A DNA stretch of 64,000 nucleotides from Spirochaetia bacterium (GTDB taxonomy: Bacteria; Spirochaetota; Spirochaetia; DSM-16054; Sediminispirochaetaceae). The stretch lies in assembly GCA_034520965.1 (NCBI GenBank), contig JAXHMY010000003.1, forward strand, positions 608,001 to 672,000. The letters run 5' to 3'. The translations under genes and the position numbers were made by a program. The notes beneath the pieces were generated by a model that was not told the DNA's origin, ran no database searches, and worked only from the letters and a program-made list of their open reading frames with translations. Shown here piece by piece: positions 11,033 through 18,933 of this stretch. Position 1 is the stretch's first letter. Every line of letters starts with the position of its first letter.

Positions 11033-11061
11033 AAAAAAACCCGAGTCGTATAGACCCGGGG
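11033..11061 (-). terminator. riboswitch expression-platform terminator
   Basis: Minus strand CCCGGGTC-TATAC-GACTCGGG followed by T7, between the FMN aptamer and ribD. Confidence 0.8.
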
Positions 11062-11130
11062 CTTGGCTTCACAGCTGCATTAGATACGGAACCATTCCGG
11101 CCGAAAGATCGGTGGTTTGATCCTATCTAT

Positions 11131-11266
11131 AGCTTTCTCTCATCCGGACTGTACCGTCGGTACCGGAATTTCACCGGTTCAACCCTGCATACCGCAAGAT
11201 TCGCGGACTTTCACCGCCGGTCGGGAATTATTTCCACCATGGAAATGCACCCTGCCCCGAAAACTG
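11131..11266 (-). ncRNA. FMN riboswitch (RFN element)
   Basis: Minus strand TCGGGGCAGGGTG...AATTCCCGACCGGCGGTGAAAGTCCGCGA...CCGGTGAAATTCCGGTACCGACGGTACAGTCCGGATGAGAGAA matches RFN consensus; upstream of rib operon. Confidence 0.96.
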
Positions 11267-11273
11267 TATTAAT

Positions 11274-11302
11274 ATAATAACCAATTCTAATAAAAGGGTC
11301 AA
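11274..11302 (-). promoter_or_regulatory. sigma70 promoter of the rib operon
   Basis: TTGACC-17nt-TATTAT just upstream of the aptamer. Confidence 0.75.
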
Positions 11303-11413
11303 GTCAAAGTCCGGCGTCTCAGCAATTCTCAGTTTGGCTAGTGCAATGCACTATCCAAACTGAGAATGCCTCCAACTGTATTGATCTACCAATTTTTGCT
11401 AAGAAATGAAGCA

Positions 11414-11455
11414 AATTCTAAATTTGGAAGTCGGAAGACTTCCAAATTTAGAATT
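11414..11455. repeat. palindromic element family A, copy 1
   Basis: AATTCTAAATTTGGAAGTC-GGAA-GACTTCCAAATTTAGAATT, perfect 19-bp arms; related copies at 21275 and 21364. Confidence 0.85.
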
Positions 11456-11506
11456 GCTGCCGGCGTCTGCAGAATTGAAGCAGACAGCGCTGTGTCTTTC
11501 CCGGGC

Positions 11507-12442
11507 CTACGGCTGCGACAGTTGAGCCGCGTACCCGCTGATGCGGTCCACCACCTCGGCTATTACGTGATCATCCGAACGTTTAATACGTAACAACCGT
11601 CCACGCACATCCGGTGAGAACCAGGCGTGGACCGAGCTGTCTCCGGATCCGCTGCGCATGTGCACCGCCCGTATCCAGCGCCCGTCTATCAGCTGAGCCT
11701 CTTCACCCAGAATTTCCATACCGGCGTACAGCGGGTTCAGCTGGGCCTGGTACTCTTCCTGCCGCAGTTGGTCGAACCACGCCGGAGGGCCGGACTTCGG
11801 GCTGCCGGACTCCCATTCGTTGCCGGAGGCCGGGGCCGAATCGGCCAGCATTTCAGTGTAAAAGGGTTCCCGGGATACCTTCTCACCGGAGGCGTTGTTT
11901 TTCAGCAGAATCTGACGGGGCACCGAATTGAGGTCGGTAAAGTACTCGCAGGTAAAGCTGGTGTCGTCGCTTTTATAGTTGAAACGCCACCAGCGGCCTT
12001 TGCCCGGAACCTCCCGTACAAGGCCGCGGGTAATTTCGGCATGCTGCATTCCCTCCTCGTCGTACACCCCCAGGGTGACGGCGCGTCCGGCCTGGTAAGG
12101 ACCGGACTCCAGCCAGGCCACAGTGGCCAGGCGGTCCTCGAATATTCGGTCGCCCCACAGATAGGACTGCAGGCTCTCGGCCATGGCCGAGTACTCTTGG
12201 AACTGCACCAGGGCTTTGATGAACCCTTCGCGGGTGTATTCGTTTTCAAAAGGAGGCAGGGTATCCGGCTTTTCGGGCCGCAGTACTCCGGCTGTTTTCT
12301 CACCGGCCGGCCGGCCGGCGGCTTCCTCCTTCGGCCCCGGAGCGAGCATCCGTTCAATAGATGCACAGCCGCTGAACAACAGTGTAGCGATGATCAGCAG
12401 CGCCGCAGCGCTGCGCCTGATTGTTTTTCCTGTAGTGACCAT
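11507..12442 (-). CDS. hypothetical lipoprotein
   Basis: Lipobox LFSGC after hydrophobic signal; AGGAGG RBS. Confidence 0.7.
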   Translation of the reverse strand: MVTTGKTIRRSAAALLIIATLLFSGCASIERMLAPGPKEEAAGRPAGEKTAGVLRPEKPDTLPPFENEYTREGFIKALVQFQEYSAMAESLQSYLWGDRIFEDRLATVAWLESGPYQAGRAVTLGVYDEEGMQHAEITRGLVREVPGKGRWWRFNYKSDDTSFTCEYFTDLNSVPRQILLKNNASGEKVSREPFYTEMLADSAPASGNEWESGSPKSGPPAWFDQLRQEEYQAQLNPLYAGMEILGEEAQLIDGRWIRAVHMRSGSGDSSVHAWFSPDVRGRLLRIKRSDDHVIAEVVDRISGYAAQLSQP

Positions 12443-12470
12443 AGTGCCGCCTCCTGCGCTTCTGTGCAGC

Positions 12471-14678
12471 TTAACCCGATTTCAGTGAGAGGGCAATCCG
12501 TTTGCGCTCGGTGTCTACCTCAAGCACCCGTACCTGTACGGTCTGCTGCAGTTTGACCACCTCGCCTGGGTCGCGCACAAAGCGGTTGGCCATTTCGCTG
12601 ATATGCACCAGCCCGTCCTGCTTCACCCCCACATCCACAAAGGCGCCGAAGCGGGTAATATTGGTCACGATACCCGGCAGAATCATACCCGTCTGCAGAT
12701 CGTCGATAGTGTGCACCTTTGCATCGAAGCTGAACTCTTCGATTGCTTCACGAGGGTCGCGGCCCGGTTTCTCCAGCTCTGCCATGATATCCCGAAGGGT
12801 GGGAAGGCCGACCGTCTCGTTCACGTACTCCTCCGGCTTGATCGCCGTACGACTCTCGGCGTTTTGCATAAGCTGGACCACGCTGCAGCCCTGGTCGGCA
12901 GCCATCTGGGCGACAATGCCGTACGACTCGGGGTGGACCGCCGAAGCGTCCAGCGGGTTCTTCGCGTCGGGAATGCGTAGGAACCCGGCGGACTGCTGAA
13001 AGGCCTTCGGCCCCAGCCCCGGAACCTTTTTCAGGGCGCTGCGGGAGGGAAACGGGCCTTGGGAAGCCCGGTGCGCGACTACGGCGGCCGCCAGCTTGGA
13101 GCCAAGGCCCGAGACGTACTGCAGCAGCGGGGCGCCGGCGGTGTTCAGGTTTACCCCCACCTGGTTTACGCAAGATTCTACCACTGTATCCAGGCCAGCC
13201 TTCAGCAGCTTCTGGTCCACATCGTGCTGGTACTGTCCTACGCCGATCGACTTGGGGTCTATCTTGACCAGCTCCGAAAGCGGGTCCATCAGGCGGCGCC
13301 CAATGGAAACGGCCCCGCGAACCGTCACATCGTGGCCGGGAAACTCCTTGCGGGCCAGGGCCGAGGCTGAATACACCGAGGCGCCGTCCTCGTTTACCAT
13401 GTACACTTCGGGGCCTGGGCCGTGGCCGTGGTCGGCGTCGGCGGCATATAAGCTGCGGAGCAGCTCTTCGGTCTCTCGGCCGGCGGTACCGTTGCCAATG
13501 GCCACCGCGGCAATACGGTAGTCGCGGATGAGCCGCTTCAGCTGCTGCCCGGCCTCGGAGGTTTTGTTTTGGGGCGGATGGGGGTACATAACCTCGTGAG
13601 TCAGCAGCGAGCCCTGTTCATCAAGGCAGACCAGCTTGCAGCCGGTGCGAAAGCCGGGATCGACGGCCAGAACCCTTTTTGGGCCCAAGGGCGGTGAGAG
13701 CAGCAGCTGGCGCAGGTTCTCGGCGAACACGGCAATCGATTCGCGGTCGGCCGCCTCTTTGGCACCGGCCAAAAACTCATTCTCCAGGGAGGGGGCCAGC
13801 AGCCGCTTGTAGGCATCCTCCACCGCTTGGGCCACCTGCCGGCCGCAGGGGTTGTGCTGCTTCACGTGGCGCTGCTGCAGAAGCTGCAGCGCCCGCTCTT
13901 CTTCCGGAGCTACGCTCAGAGAGAGAAAGCCCTCGCGGGCGCCCCGCTGGAGTGCCAAAAAGCGGTGGGCGGGGCAGCGTTTCAGGGGCTCGCTCCACTC
14001 AAAGTAGTCGCGGTACTTGGCGGCCTGCTCCGGGGCGGCTGCTGCTTTTTCTTTGGCCGCTTTCCCTGTTGCCTGCTTCGAACTTATCACCGCGGCTTTA
14101 ACATAATGAGCACGCAGTTGGGCACGGCTTATGCTGTCCTCGTTTACTAACTCGGCAATGATATCCCGGGCTCCCGCCAGGGCGCTGTCGGTGTCGCTAA
14201 TTTTTTCCGATAAAAATTCCCGGGCAAGTTCATGAGGATCAGCCTGGGTTTGTTCCAGCAGCTTCGTGGCCAGAGGCTCCAGGCCGTGTTCGCGGGCAAT
14301 GGTACCGCGGGTGCGGCGTTTTGGCTTGAAGGGAAGGTAGATGTCCTCCAGCTCGCGGGGATCGAAGCTGGCGCGGATGCGTGCGGCCAGCTGATCGGTG
14401 AGCTTGCCCTGATCGGCAATGGTCTCAAGAATGGTGCTGCGGCGCTTCTCGAGGGCTTCAAGCTTTTCCAGTCGCTCCTTGATAGCGGCGATGGCTACCT
14501 CGTCCAGGTTGCCCGTGGCCTCTTTGCGGTAGCGGCTTATAAAAGGGACGGTGGCCTGGTCGGCCAGCAGCTCCCCGGTGCGCTGCACCTGTGCCGGTCG
14601 TATGTTAAGCTCGCCGGCCACCAGTTCGATGTGCGTCGGCAGGGCGTAGATCTGTGTGCGGTCGGTTTTATGTTCCAT
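12471..14678 (-). CDS. tex: Tex family RNA-binding transcriptional accessory protein
   Basis: ATVPFISRYRKEATG, DPGFRTGCK, EDGASVYSAS, KSIGVGQYQHD, HhH repeats, C-terminal S1; start reassigned to ATG 14678. Confidence 0.96.
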   Translation of the reverse strand: MEHKTDRTQIYALPTHIELVAGELNIRPAQVQRTGELLADQATVPFISRYRKEATGNLDEVAIAAIKERLEKLEALEKRRSTILETIADQGKLTDQLAARIRASFDPRELEDIYLPFKPKRRTRGTIAREHGLEPLATKLLEQTQADPHELAREFLSEKISDTDSALAGARDIIAELVNEDSISRAQLRAHYVKAAVISSKQATGKAAKEKAAAAPEQAAKYRDYFEWSEPLKRCPAHRFLALQRGAREGFLSLSVAPEEERALQLLQQRHVKQHNPCGRQVAQAVEDAYKRLLAPSLENEFLAGAKEAADRESIAVFAENLRQLLLSPPLGPKRVLAVDPGFRTGCKLVCLDEQGSLLTHEVMYPHPPQNKTSEAGQQLKRLIRDYRIAAVAIGNGTAGRETEELLRSLYAADADHGHGPGPEVYMVNEDGASVYSASALARKEFPGHDVTVRGAVSIGRRLMDPLSELVKIDPKSIGVGQYQHDVDQKLLKAGLDTVVESCVNQVGVNLNTAGAPLLQYVSGLGSKLAAAVVAHRASQGPFPSRSALKKVPGLGPKAFQQSAGFLRIPDAKNPLDASAVHPESYGIVAQMAADQGCSVVQLMQNAESRTAIKPEEYVNETVGLPTLRDIMAELEKPGRDPREAIEEFSFDAKVHTIDDLQTGMILPGIVTNITRFGAFVDVGVKQDGLVHISEMANRFVRDPGEVVKLQQTVQVRVLEVDTERKRIALSLKSG

Positions 14679-14798
14679 AGGGCTACTATACCCGTGGTGG
14701 GGCGGCTGGTAAATGGGTGGAGCCCAGGTGGAGCCCAGGCGAGGCGGCCATAGGCTTTGCTCAAGATTGGGCTCCAGGCTCGGTGGAGACCAAAAACA

Positions 14799-14867
14799 CT
14801 GTACCTCGATACCGATAGTCAATCAAATTGTGACAAAAAAACGATGACTTTCGGCATCGGGGTACAG
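14799..14867. repeat. ~70-bp hairpin element family B, copy 1
   Basis: CTGTACCTCGATACCGATAGTCA...TGACTTTCGGCATCGGGGTACAG; homologous copy at 26677. Confidence 0.8.
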
Positions 14868-14994
14868 CGCTTGGATACAGGCCTGTTGACCTGTTCTGAG
14901 TATCGGAGGATTAATTGGAGGATTAATTGCCGGAATTATCGGCGGCTCGGGGTAGGGTTGGATGTCTTCCACCATGGATGTCTCCCCCCGGCCG

Positions 14995-15023
14995 TTGACA
15001 CGTAGAAAGCATTATGCTATTTT
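14995..15023 (+). promoter_or_regulatory. probable tRNA promoter
   Basis: TTGACA-17nt-TATTTT with TG extension. Confidence 0.5.
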
Positions 15024-15043
15024 TTATCTCGCATATTATGCTA

Positions 15044-15117
15044 CGGGCTGTAGCGCAGTGGTTTAGCGTACATGTCTGGGGGACATGGGGTCGGCGGTTC
15101 AAATCCGCCCAGCCCGA
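15044..15117 (+). tRNA. tRNA-Pro(GGG), CCA not encoded
   Basis: Acceptor CGGGCTG/CAGCCCG, anticodon arm CATGT-CTGGGGG-ACATG, T-loop GGTTCAAATCC. Confidence 0.96.
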
Positions 15118-15121
15118 TAAG

Positions 15122-15152
15122 AAAAAAGCACGCCGATAGGTGTGCTTTTTTT
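15122..15152 (+). terminator. intrinsic terminator after tRNA-Pro (possibly bidirectional)
   Basis: AAAAAAGCACGCC-GATA-GGTGTGCTTTTTTT. Confidence 0.8.
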
Positions 15153-15319
15153 GTTGTGCTTCGAAGAGACGAATTTGAACTTTAGTCCGAGCGGTTTGCG
15201 CAGCAACTGCGCATTTCGTTTACACGGTACAAACAGCCTCCATGCGACAGGATCTATTGACCAGGAGTACTATGGTACTCCAGTGGATTCTAGTTTAGTT
15301 AGACTTTCCTCTCGAAAAA

Positions 15320-15628
15320 CTATTTCTTCTGGTACACCGTTGTTTCATCAAAAGAAATCAATTTATCTCCATCTCGAGTGAAGTTAAGATCAAAATGCTC
15401 CAGTTCGAGGATCACTTTGTCTCCCTCCATTTTATAGGTTCCCTCATGGTTAATCGGATTCATGACTGCAGTTCCGTCCTTGTTCAATTCCAGAGAAACC
15501 TTCCCGACCATATCTTCGCTAAAATGTTCAATGCAGTCGTATTTTCCGCTGAGATCATTTGAAGGTCCGCAAGAGATAAGGAAAACAATCAATACCGCAA
15601 CAGTGAAAAGCAATAAAACATTTTTCAT
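15320..15628 (-). CDS. small lipoprotein, hypothetical
   Basis: Lipobox LISC, AGGAGG RBS, LSGKY beta-rich body. Confidence 0.7.
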   Translation of the reverse strand: MKNVLLLFTVAVLIVFLISCGPSNDLSGKYDCIEHFSEDMVGKVSLELNKDGTAVMNPINHEGTYKMEGDKVILELEHFDLNFTRDGDKLISFDETTVYQKK

Positions 15629-15742
15629 GATATCCTCCTGACATTATATTATGTGATTAAAGTCGAGATATTTCAAGAAAATTTAACGCTATTTTTCTGT
15701 ACGCTATTTTTCTGTACGAAAAAGGCTCGGAAGAATCTCAAC

Positions 15743-16843
15743 TTATTTGATTTTTATGGCGTACACACTTTTGTCGTTTGAACCGACATAAAGGATCCCG
15801 TCAGCAATGACCGGAGTGGATTCCACATCCGCAGCTGTGCGATATTTCTGTAACAAACTACCGTCCGCAACTTTAAGGGCATAGAGATGAACGCTGGAAC
15901 CTGCGTAGACCACACCATCAAAAATCACAGGGGTGGCTTCCACGAACTCTCCGGTTCTGTATTTCCACCTGAGTGTGCCATTATCAGCTGAAACAGAGTA
16001 GATGGAGGTGCTTGAACCGAAATATACGGTATTATCTACCACGGCAGGACCGGATTTTAGCCAGCTGTCGGCCTTGAATTTCCACTTTAGTGAACCGCTT
16101 TTCGTGTGAAAGGCGTAGAGATGCTCATCTGAACAAAAATAGACTGTCTCCTTCATTACAACCGGATCACTGAGATGACTGGGGGCTTTGTATTTCCATT
16201 TCAGGCTTCCGTCTTTCGCATCCAGAACGTATATGAAGTTATCGCCGGAGCAGCAATACAAAACACCGTCCATCACTATGGGTTTGGATCTGACACTGTA
16301 TCGCGTTTTATATCGCCATATCAACGCACCTGTATCATAGTCCAGGGCATACACATGGTAATCATCCGAACCGAAAAACAGGACGTCATTCGCGACCACC
16401 GGACTGGATCTTACCCGGTCGCCTGTTTCAAATTTCCACTTCAGTGTACCGCTTTCTGCATCAATCGCGTAAAGATGCCGATCCCATGAACCTATATAGA
16501 GAATACCCCTGTGCAACGCCGGACTCGAATCTATGAGGCTTCCTGTTTTGTACTTCCATTTCAGGCTCCCGTCTTTAATGTTGACGGCATAGATGTAATT
16601 GTCGTATGACCCAAAGTAAACCGCGCCGGCCCCTGTCGCAGGCCCAGACATCACAGCCCCATTAGTCCTATATTTCCACATTAGATGCTCTCTCATTGAA
16701 CAGGCTGTAATAGACAACAGTACACTGCACAACAAAAAACATAAAATGAACCTGTTTCGAATTTTAGAAAGATTCTTCAAGTAGAGAACCACAGGTAAGA
16801 CATAAAGCGCTGTTAAAACTGAAATATATTTCATCAGGTCCAT
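15743..16843 (-). CDS. PQQ-binding-like beta-propeller repeat protein
   Basis: About 8 repeats of SP-x-V-x-x-G-x-L-Y-x-GS-x-D-x-x-L-YA-x-D-x-x-G-x-L-x-W; start uncertain (16834-16903). Confidence 0.85.
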   Translation of the reverse strand: MDLMKYISVLTALYVLPVVLYLKNLSKIRNRFILCFLLCSVLLSITACSMREHLMWKYRTNGAVMSGPATGAGAVYFGSYDNYIYAVNIKDGSLKWKYKTGSLIDSSPALHRGILYIGSWDRHLYAIDAESGTLKWKFETGDRVRSSPVVANDVLFFGSDDYHVYALDYDTGALIWRYKTRYSVRSKPIVMDGVLYCCSGDNFIYVLDAKDGSLKWKYKAPSHLSDPVVMKETVYFCSDEHLYAFHTKSGSLKWKFKADSWLKSGPAVVDNTVYFGSSTSIYSVSADNGTLRWKYRTGEFVEATPVIFDGVVYAGSSVHLYALKVADGSLLQKYRTAADVESTPVIADGILYVGSNDKSVYAIKIK

Positions 16844-16926
16844 TATCTCGGGTATCCGTTTTGAAGTCAATCTAATCCATAAATATGCAGTAACTGCTTT
16901 CAAAATGTGATAGAATCTGTACGCAT

Positions 16927-17634
16927 ATGCCGAATAGCAAGAAGAAGTTCAAACCAGTCCCCAAAAGATTTCACCCAAAAGGCTTGAACATCATTTTTGA
17001 GGACCACTACATCGTTGTGGTGGATAAAAGCAGCGGTCTTCTCACGGTAAGCAACGAAAAGGTCAAAGAGAAGACAGCCTATTTTCTGTTGAATGAATAT
17101 GTCAAAAAGGGAAATCAGAAGTCCCGGAACCGGGTTTTCGTTGTGCATCGCCTCGACCGGGATACTTCGGGGCTGCTCGTTTTTGCAAAAACCGAACCGG
17201 CCAAACAGTATCTTCAGAGTGAATGGAAGCACTTTGAAAAAAAATACTACGCCCTTGTGCATGGACAGCTGCCGGAAAAAGGGGGGCTAATTAGCTCATA
17301 TCTCGCTGAGAACAGTATGCACAAAATGTATTCTGTAACTGATCCGAATAAAGGCAAACTGGCAGAGACCGGCTATAAGGTGATTCGCGAATCGAAAAAC
17401 TACAGTCTGCTGCTGATAGACCTGCTTACCGGCAAAAAAAACCAGATACGCGTTCATTTTTCGGAAAAGGGGCATCCGGTGGCGGGAGACAGGACTTACG
17501 GTACCCAAGAAAATGATAAAAACATACACAGACTGGCTCTGCATTCCTGTTTTTTGAAGATCAGGCACCCCTTTACAAAGGAAGAGATGATCTTTGAATC
17601 ACCCCTTCCCGATTATTTCAAGTCGCTGCGCTAA
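16927..17634 (+). CDS. RluA family pseudouridine synthase
   Basis: VHRLDRDTSG catalytic motif, TGKKNQIRVH, HPVAGD, LALH. Confidence 0.93.
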   Translation: MPNSKKKFKPVPKRFHPKGLNIIFEDHYIVVVDKSSGLLTVSNEKVKEKTAYFLLNEYVKKGNQKSRNRVFVVHRLDRDTSGLLVFAKTEPAKQYLQSEWKHFEKKYYALVHGQLPEKGGLISSYLAENSMHKMYSVTDPNKGKLAETGYKVIRESKNYSLLLIDLLTGKKNQIRVHFSEKGHPVAGDRTYGTQENDKNIHRLALHSCFLKIRHPFTKEEMIFESPLPDYFKSLR

Positions 17635-17653
17635 TTCTCTGCGGTTAATTCTT

Positions 17654-18847
17654 CTATGAATTCTTCGATTTGTCTTTCAAGAGTTCCGCAAAGGGGTTAT
17701 ATGTGTCTGATTCGGATTCAGATTCAGACTCGGGTTCCAGATACTTTTGATAATCTTTATCCTCCTGCTCTGATGAACCCCGTTTCAATGAAATCCTTTT
17801 CCTCTCGGTGTCTACACTCTTGATTTCAACGGTAATTTTTTGTCCCTTCTTCAAAGTATCGCTCGGGTTATTCTGCCATGTATCGCCTTTTAATTCAGAG
17901 ATATGCAGCAGTCCGTCCAAACCCGGTTCCAGTGACACAAAGGCACCGAAATTGGTAATTCGCACAACTTCTCCCGTGTGCTTTGAACCAACTGGATATT
18001 TTGAAGGGGCTTCATCCCATGGGTCGGGTAGCAGGGCCTTCATACTCAGGGTGATGCGCTCATTTTGCCAGTCGAGTTTGATAATCGAAACCTCGATTTC
18101 CTGACCTTCTGAAAATACTGCATGGATATCATCCACGCGGCTTCTGCTGATCTCTGAGATCGGAAGCAGAGCCTGCACACCGCCCAGATCAACAAAGGCA
18201 CCGAAATCCTGAATTGATTTTATGGTGCCGGTGACAACCGTGTTTTCCTTTAATGTCTTTTTTAGCTCTTCTACTCGCTGCTTCTGCTCTTCTTCCAGAA
18301 TTACCCGGTTGGAAACCAGGATATTGCGGCCGTTTTCGCTATACTCTAAAATCTTAAAGGTAAGCTGTTTTCCAATATACTCTTGAGGATTTTCTATCCG
18401 CCTTAGGCCCATCTGGGAATAGGGGCAGAAAGCCCGGGTCTCACCTATTTTGATTTCAAAACCGCCCTTAATCTCTTTTTCAACAAGCCCTTCAACAGGG
18501 ATTTTGCTCTCAAAGGCTTGTTCTAAGACCGCATTACCGGCTTTGTCCCCGCTAATTTTGGTTGTAAAATGCATCTCTCCGTTTTTTGAATACAGGAAAA
18601 ACGCTTTTATTTTATCACCCTCTTTCACTGAAATTTTATCATCGGCGTCAGTCAGCTCGGCCCTGTCCAGGATGCCCTCACTTTTACCGCTCAACTCCAG
18701 GAAAATGGAGTCCCCCGAAATGGAAACTATGATAGTCTCTATTTGTTGTCCAGGCTCCAATGAATCCATCGCGGAAAGACTTTCTTCATAAAGCGTTGCA
18801 AAATCCGCTTTGTTTTCTTTGTTTTCTTCAAAATTATCTTTAGCCAT
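17654..18847 (-). CDS. rpsA: ribosomal protein S1-like protein (four S1 domains), possibly a second copy
   Basis: KSEG, RAFCPYSQM, DFGAFVDLGGVQALL, NFGAFVSLEPGLDGLLHISE; C-terminal NPFAELL. Confidence 0.85.
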   Translation of the reverse strand: MAKDNFEENKENKADFATLYEESLSAMDSLEPGQQIETIIVSISGDSIFLELSGKSEGILDRAELTDADDKISVKEGDKIKAFFLYSKNGEMHFTTKISGDKAGNAVLEQAFESKIPVEGLVEKEIKGGFEIKIGETRAFCPYSQMGLRRIENPQEYIGKQLTFKILEYSENGRNILVSNRVILEEEQKQRVEELKKTLKENTVVTGTIKSIQDFGAFVDLGGVQALLPISEISRSRVDDIHAVFSEGQEIEVSIIKLDWQNERITLSMKALLPDPWDEAPSKYPVGSKHTGEVVRITNFGAFVSLEPGLDGLLHISELKGDTWQNNPSDTLKKGQKITVEIKSVDTERKRISLKRGSSEQEDKDYQKYLEPESESESESDTYNPFAELLKDKSKNS

Positions 18848-18933
18848 TTATCATATTACTCCAAAATTAAGTTGTCATTGTTTCAATGCTTCGATTTTAA
18901 AGTATATCAGAAAGTGTTTGTTTTGGATATTGC

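Noticed and set aside
15044..15180. Integrative element at tRNA-Pro; GAATTTGAAC at 15171 complementary to the T-loop
   Set aside because: No integrase or direct repeat of the tRNA 3' end seen in the window; a 9/10 match is too short to be significant
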